The notes under the pieces are model-generated. The model was not told the DNA's origin and searched no databases. It saw only the letters and a list, made by a program, of their open reading frames with translations. Source: Ascidiella aspersa (Eukaryota). From it: a DNA stretch of 64,000 bases. The stretch spans positions 14,508,001 through 14,572,000 of the forward strand of contig OZ004610.1 in NCBI GenBank assembly GCA_963924565.1. The letters run 5' to 3'. Below are positions 62,451-64,000 of this stretch, one piece after another. A program made the position numbers and the translations under genes. Within the stretch, counting starts at the first letter, position 1, and every line of letters starts with the position of its first letter.

Positions 62451-63059
62451 TTGACTAACTTTAGGATATTCAAATGGCAACAATTTAAAACTGTTAATAT
62501 ATGACTATTATATATGTCTAGTCAGTCGTTTTGTTTACTCTGAATTAAAAAACAACTATCATTTGACATATAGAATTATTCAAATATAGGGCACTGGTCT
62601 ACAATTAAACCATTTTTTACAGTAACGAAACTGAGTTGTCAGAAAGAAATTGCAAGAAATAAATAAATAAGATAGGATAAATATATCAATAAAAACACTT
62701 GACCCACCCGAACCCAAACGCTAACTCGCACCCCAACCCAAATAATGTTAGAAATATAACACCCCGAACGAAAATGTGGTAAGATTCTAGGTCAGCGCCA
62801 TACATACCCTTAATTATGTATTTTTAAATTCAACAAAAAAATCGTAAAATAGCCTATGCCAAATTTACGAAAAAATAGTAGTACGGTTTCGACAAAGCTG
62901 AGTAATCATGTGTAACTTTACGATTGTTCGCTTGGTGCTTTGTCAACAAATCAGCGGAGCATACAATTTATTACGCTCTGTTACACCCGACCCGCACATT
63001 TTGATACCCAAGTATATTTTTCAAACATTTTGCAGTAACGCTATCAAACTAGGATAAAA

Positions 63060-63845
63060 ATGGATTTTGATCCGTCATCTTCTGCTCAACAGGACAGCAC
63101 CAAAGTGTTCCGCATTATGGGCGATTTTAGAGAGTTCATGTCTTCACAAAGACACCGTTCTGGTACTGACACCAATGCAGTGGTAATAACATAATTTAAG
63201 GCTAACAAACAGTATTTTTTATGATATACGCAAATTAAATTTACGTTTTTATTCTAACGTGAAATTTAGTATATTTTTATAATATTACACCTGGCTCCAA
63301 AAAAATTTGAAATTAAATACAGATTTCCAACTCTTAACAAGTTGGTTGCATTTTTAACTCTTATAGTAGTGCTTGTGCACTATGTCAACTACCAGTCTGA
63401 TTTTCGTTTCACTTGAAAGAGATTTTTGGTATGGAGCTCTAAATGTTAAGAATTGCAGGTGTGTAATCTGCTATTTTTGCATGATCGAGGTTAGGAAACT
63501 CTGCCTGCATTTCATGTCGATTTTGCCAATCTTGGGTATTTAGTGCCAAAATTTGAGGTGTACCAGATTTTAGGCACACCTGATGTTAAGAATACATACA
63601 CACCTGCCACCCACATATTCACTGGGCTACACCAGTCTTAAAAACTATTTTGTTTTTATACTACTTATAAAGAAACGATAAAAACATTTTTGAATAAAAA
63701 ATATTTTAAGTATTTACAAACATGCATATACATCAAAGTTTTAATTTTATATTAGAGTATTAGCAGCATACCCTTTAGACTTCCATTAGAAGAAGGACCA
63801 AAGGAGAGCGCAGAAAATGATGTGTCATCAAATATTGCAATGAGG
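63060..63845 (+). CDS. 5' exons of a gene head-to-head with EDC3; N-terminus resembles mitotic checkpoint protein MAD1
   Basis: ATG at 63060 follows a ttttgcag acceptor and gives MDFDPSSSAQQDSTKVFRIMGDFREFMSSQR, loosely like the MAD1 N-terminus as I recall it. A likely second exon near 63790-63845 ends AGG|GTGAGC. Exact junctions are unresolved. Confidence 0.4.
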
Positions 63846-64000
63846 GTGAGCAAATGTTGACACTTTTTTGCATTGGATAGTTTTTTTTTTGTTATTGATT
63901 CAAAATTCACTTCTATATGTTTTCATGCATATTTAAAATCTAATGTATGTACATTTAGTATGTTGTTGTTAACTAAAAATATATTAATTGATTAGAAGGA

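Noticed and set aside
1-64000. CRISPR arrays, rRNA, tRNA genes or prokaryotic operons
   Set aside because: I saw no repeat-spacer array, cloverleaf or rRNA-like sequence; the genes have spliceosomal introns.

Overview
AT-rich, intron-containing animal genomic DNA. The compact genes, short introns and repeat landscape look like an invertebrate chordate such as an ascidian, but that is inference only. Genes were rebuilt by hand from GT/AG sites and reading-frame phase: (1) the first coding exon of a probably N-myristoylated protein running off the left edge; (2) a 6-exon secreted Cys-rich protein (WAP + Cys repeat + sushi + two Cys repeats); (3) a 3-exon NXPE/PC-esterase gene; (4) a 16-exon TSSK-like kinase whose ~320-aa kinase domain splices in frame into a tail of over 1000 aa (~1355 aa total) with S/TxIP and GWKSPE repeats; (5) a three-AT-hook HMGA-like gene with a polyQ/Pro C-terminus and clustered let-7 seed matches; (6) an OATP/SLCO transporter with a His-rich symmetric exon; (7) EDC3; (8) the start of a head-to-head gene, possibly MAD1-like. 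Intergenic and intronic DNA holds hAT-type MITEs with 8-bp TSDs, a Buster transposase relic, a Chapaev3-like element nested in a hAT element, a foldback element with ~200-bp arms, and a 5'-truncated RNase H-bearing LINE. The best novelty candidates are the long-tailed TSSK, the His-loop OATP, the polyQ HMGA with let-7 sites and the modular WAP/sushi protein.
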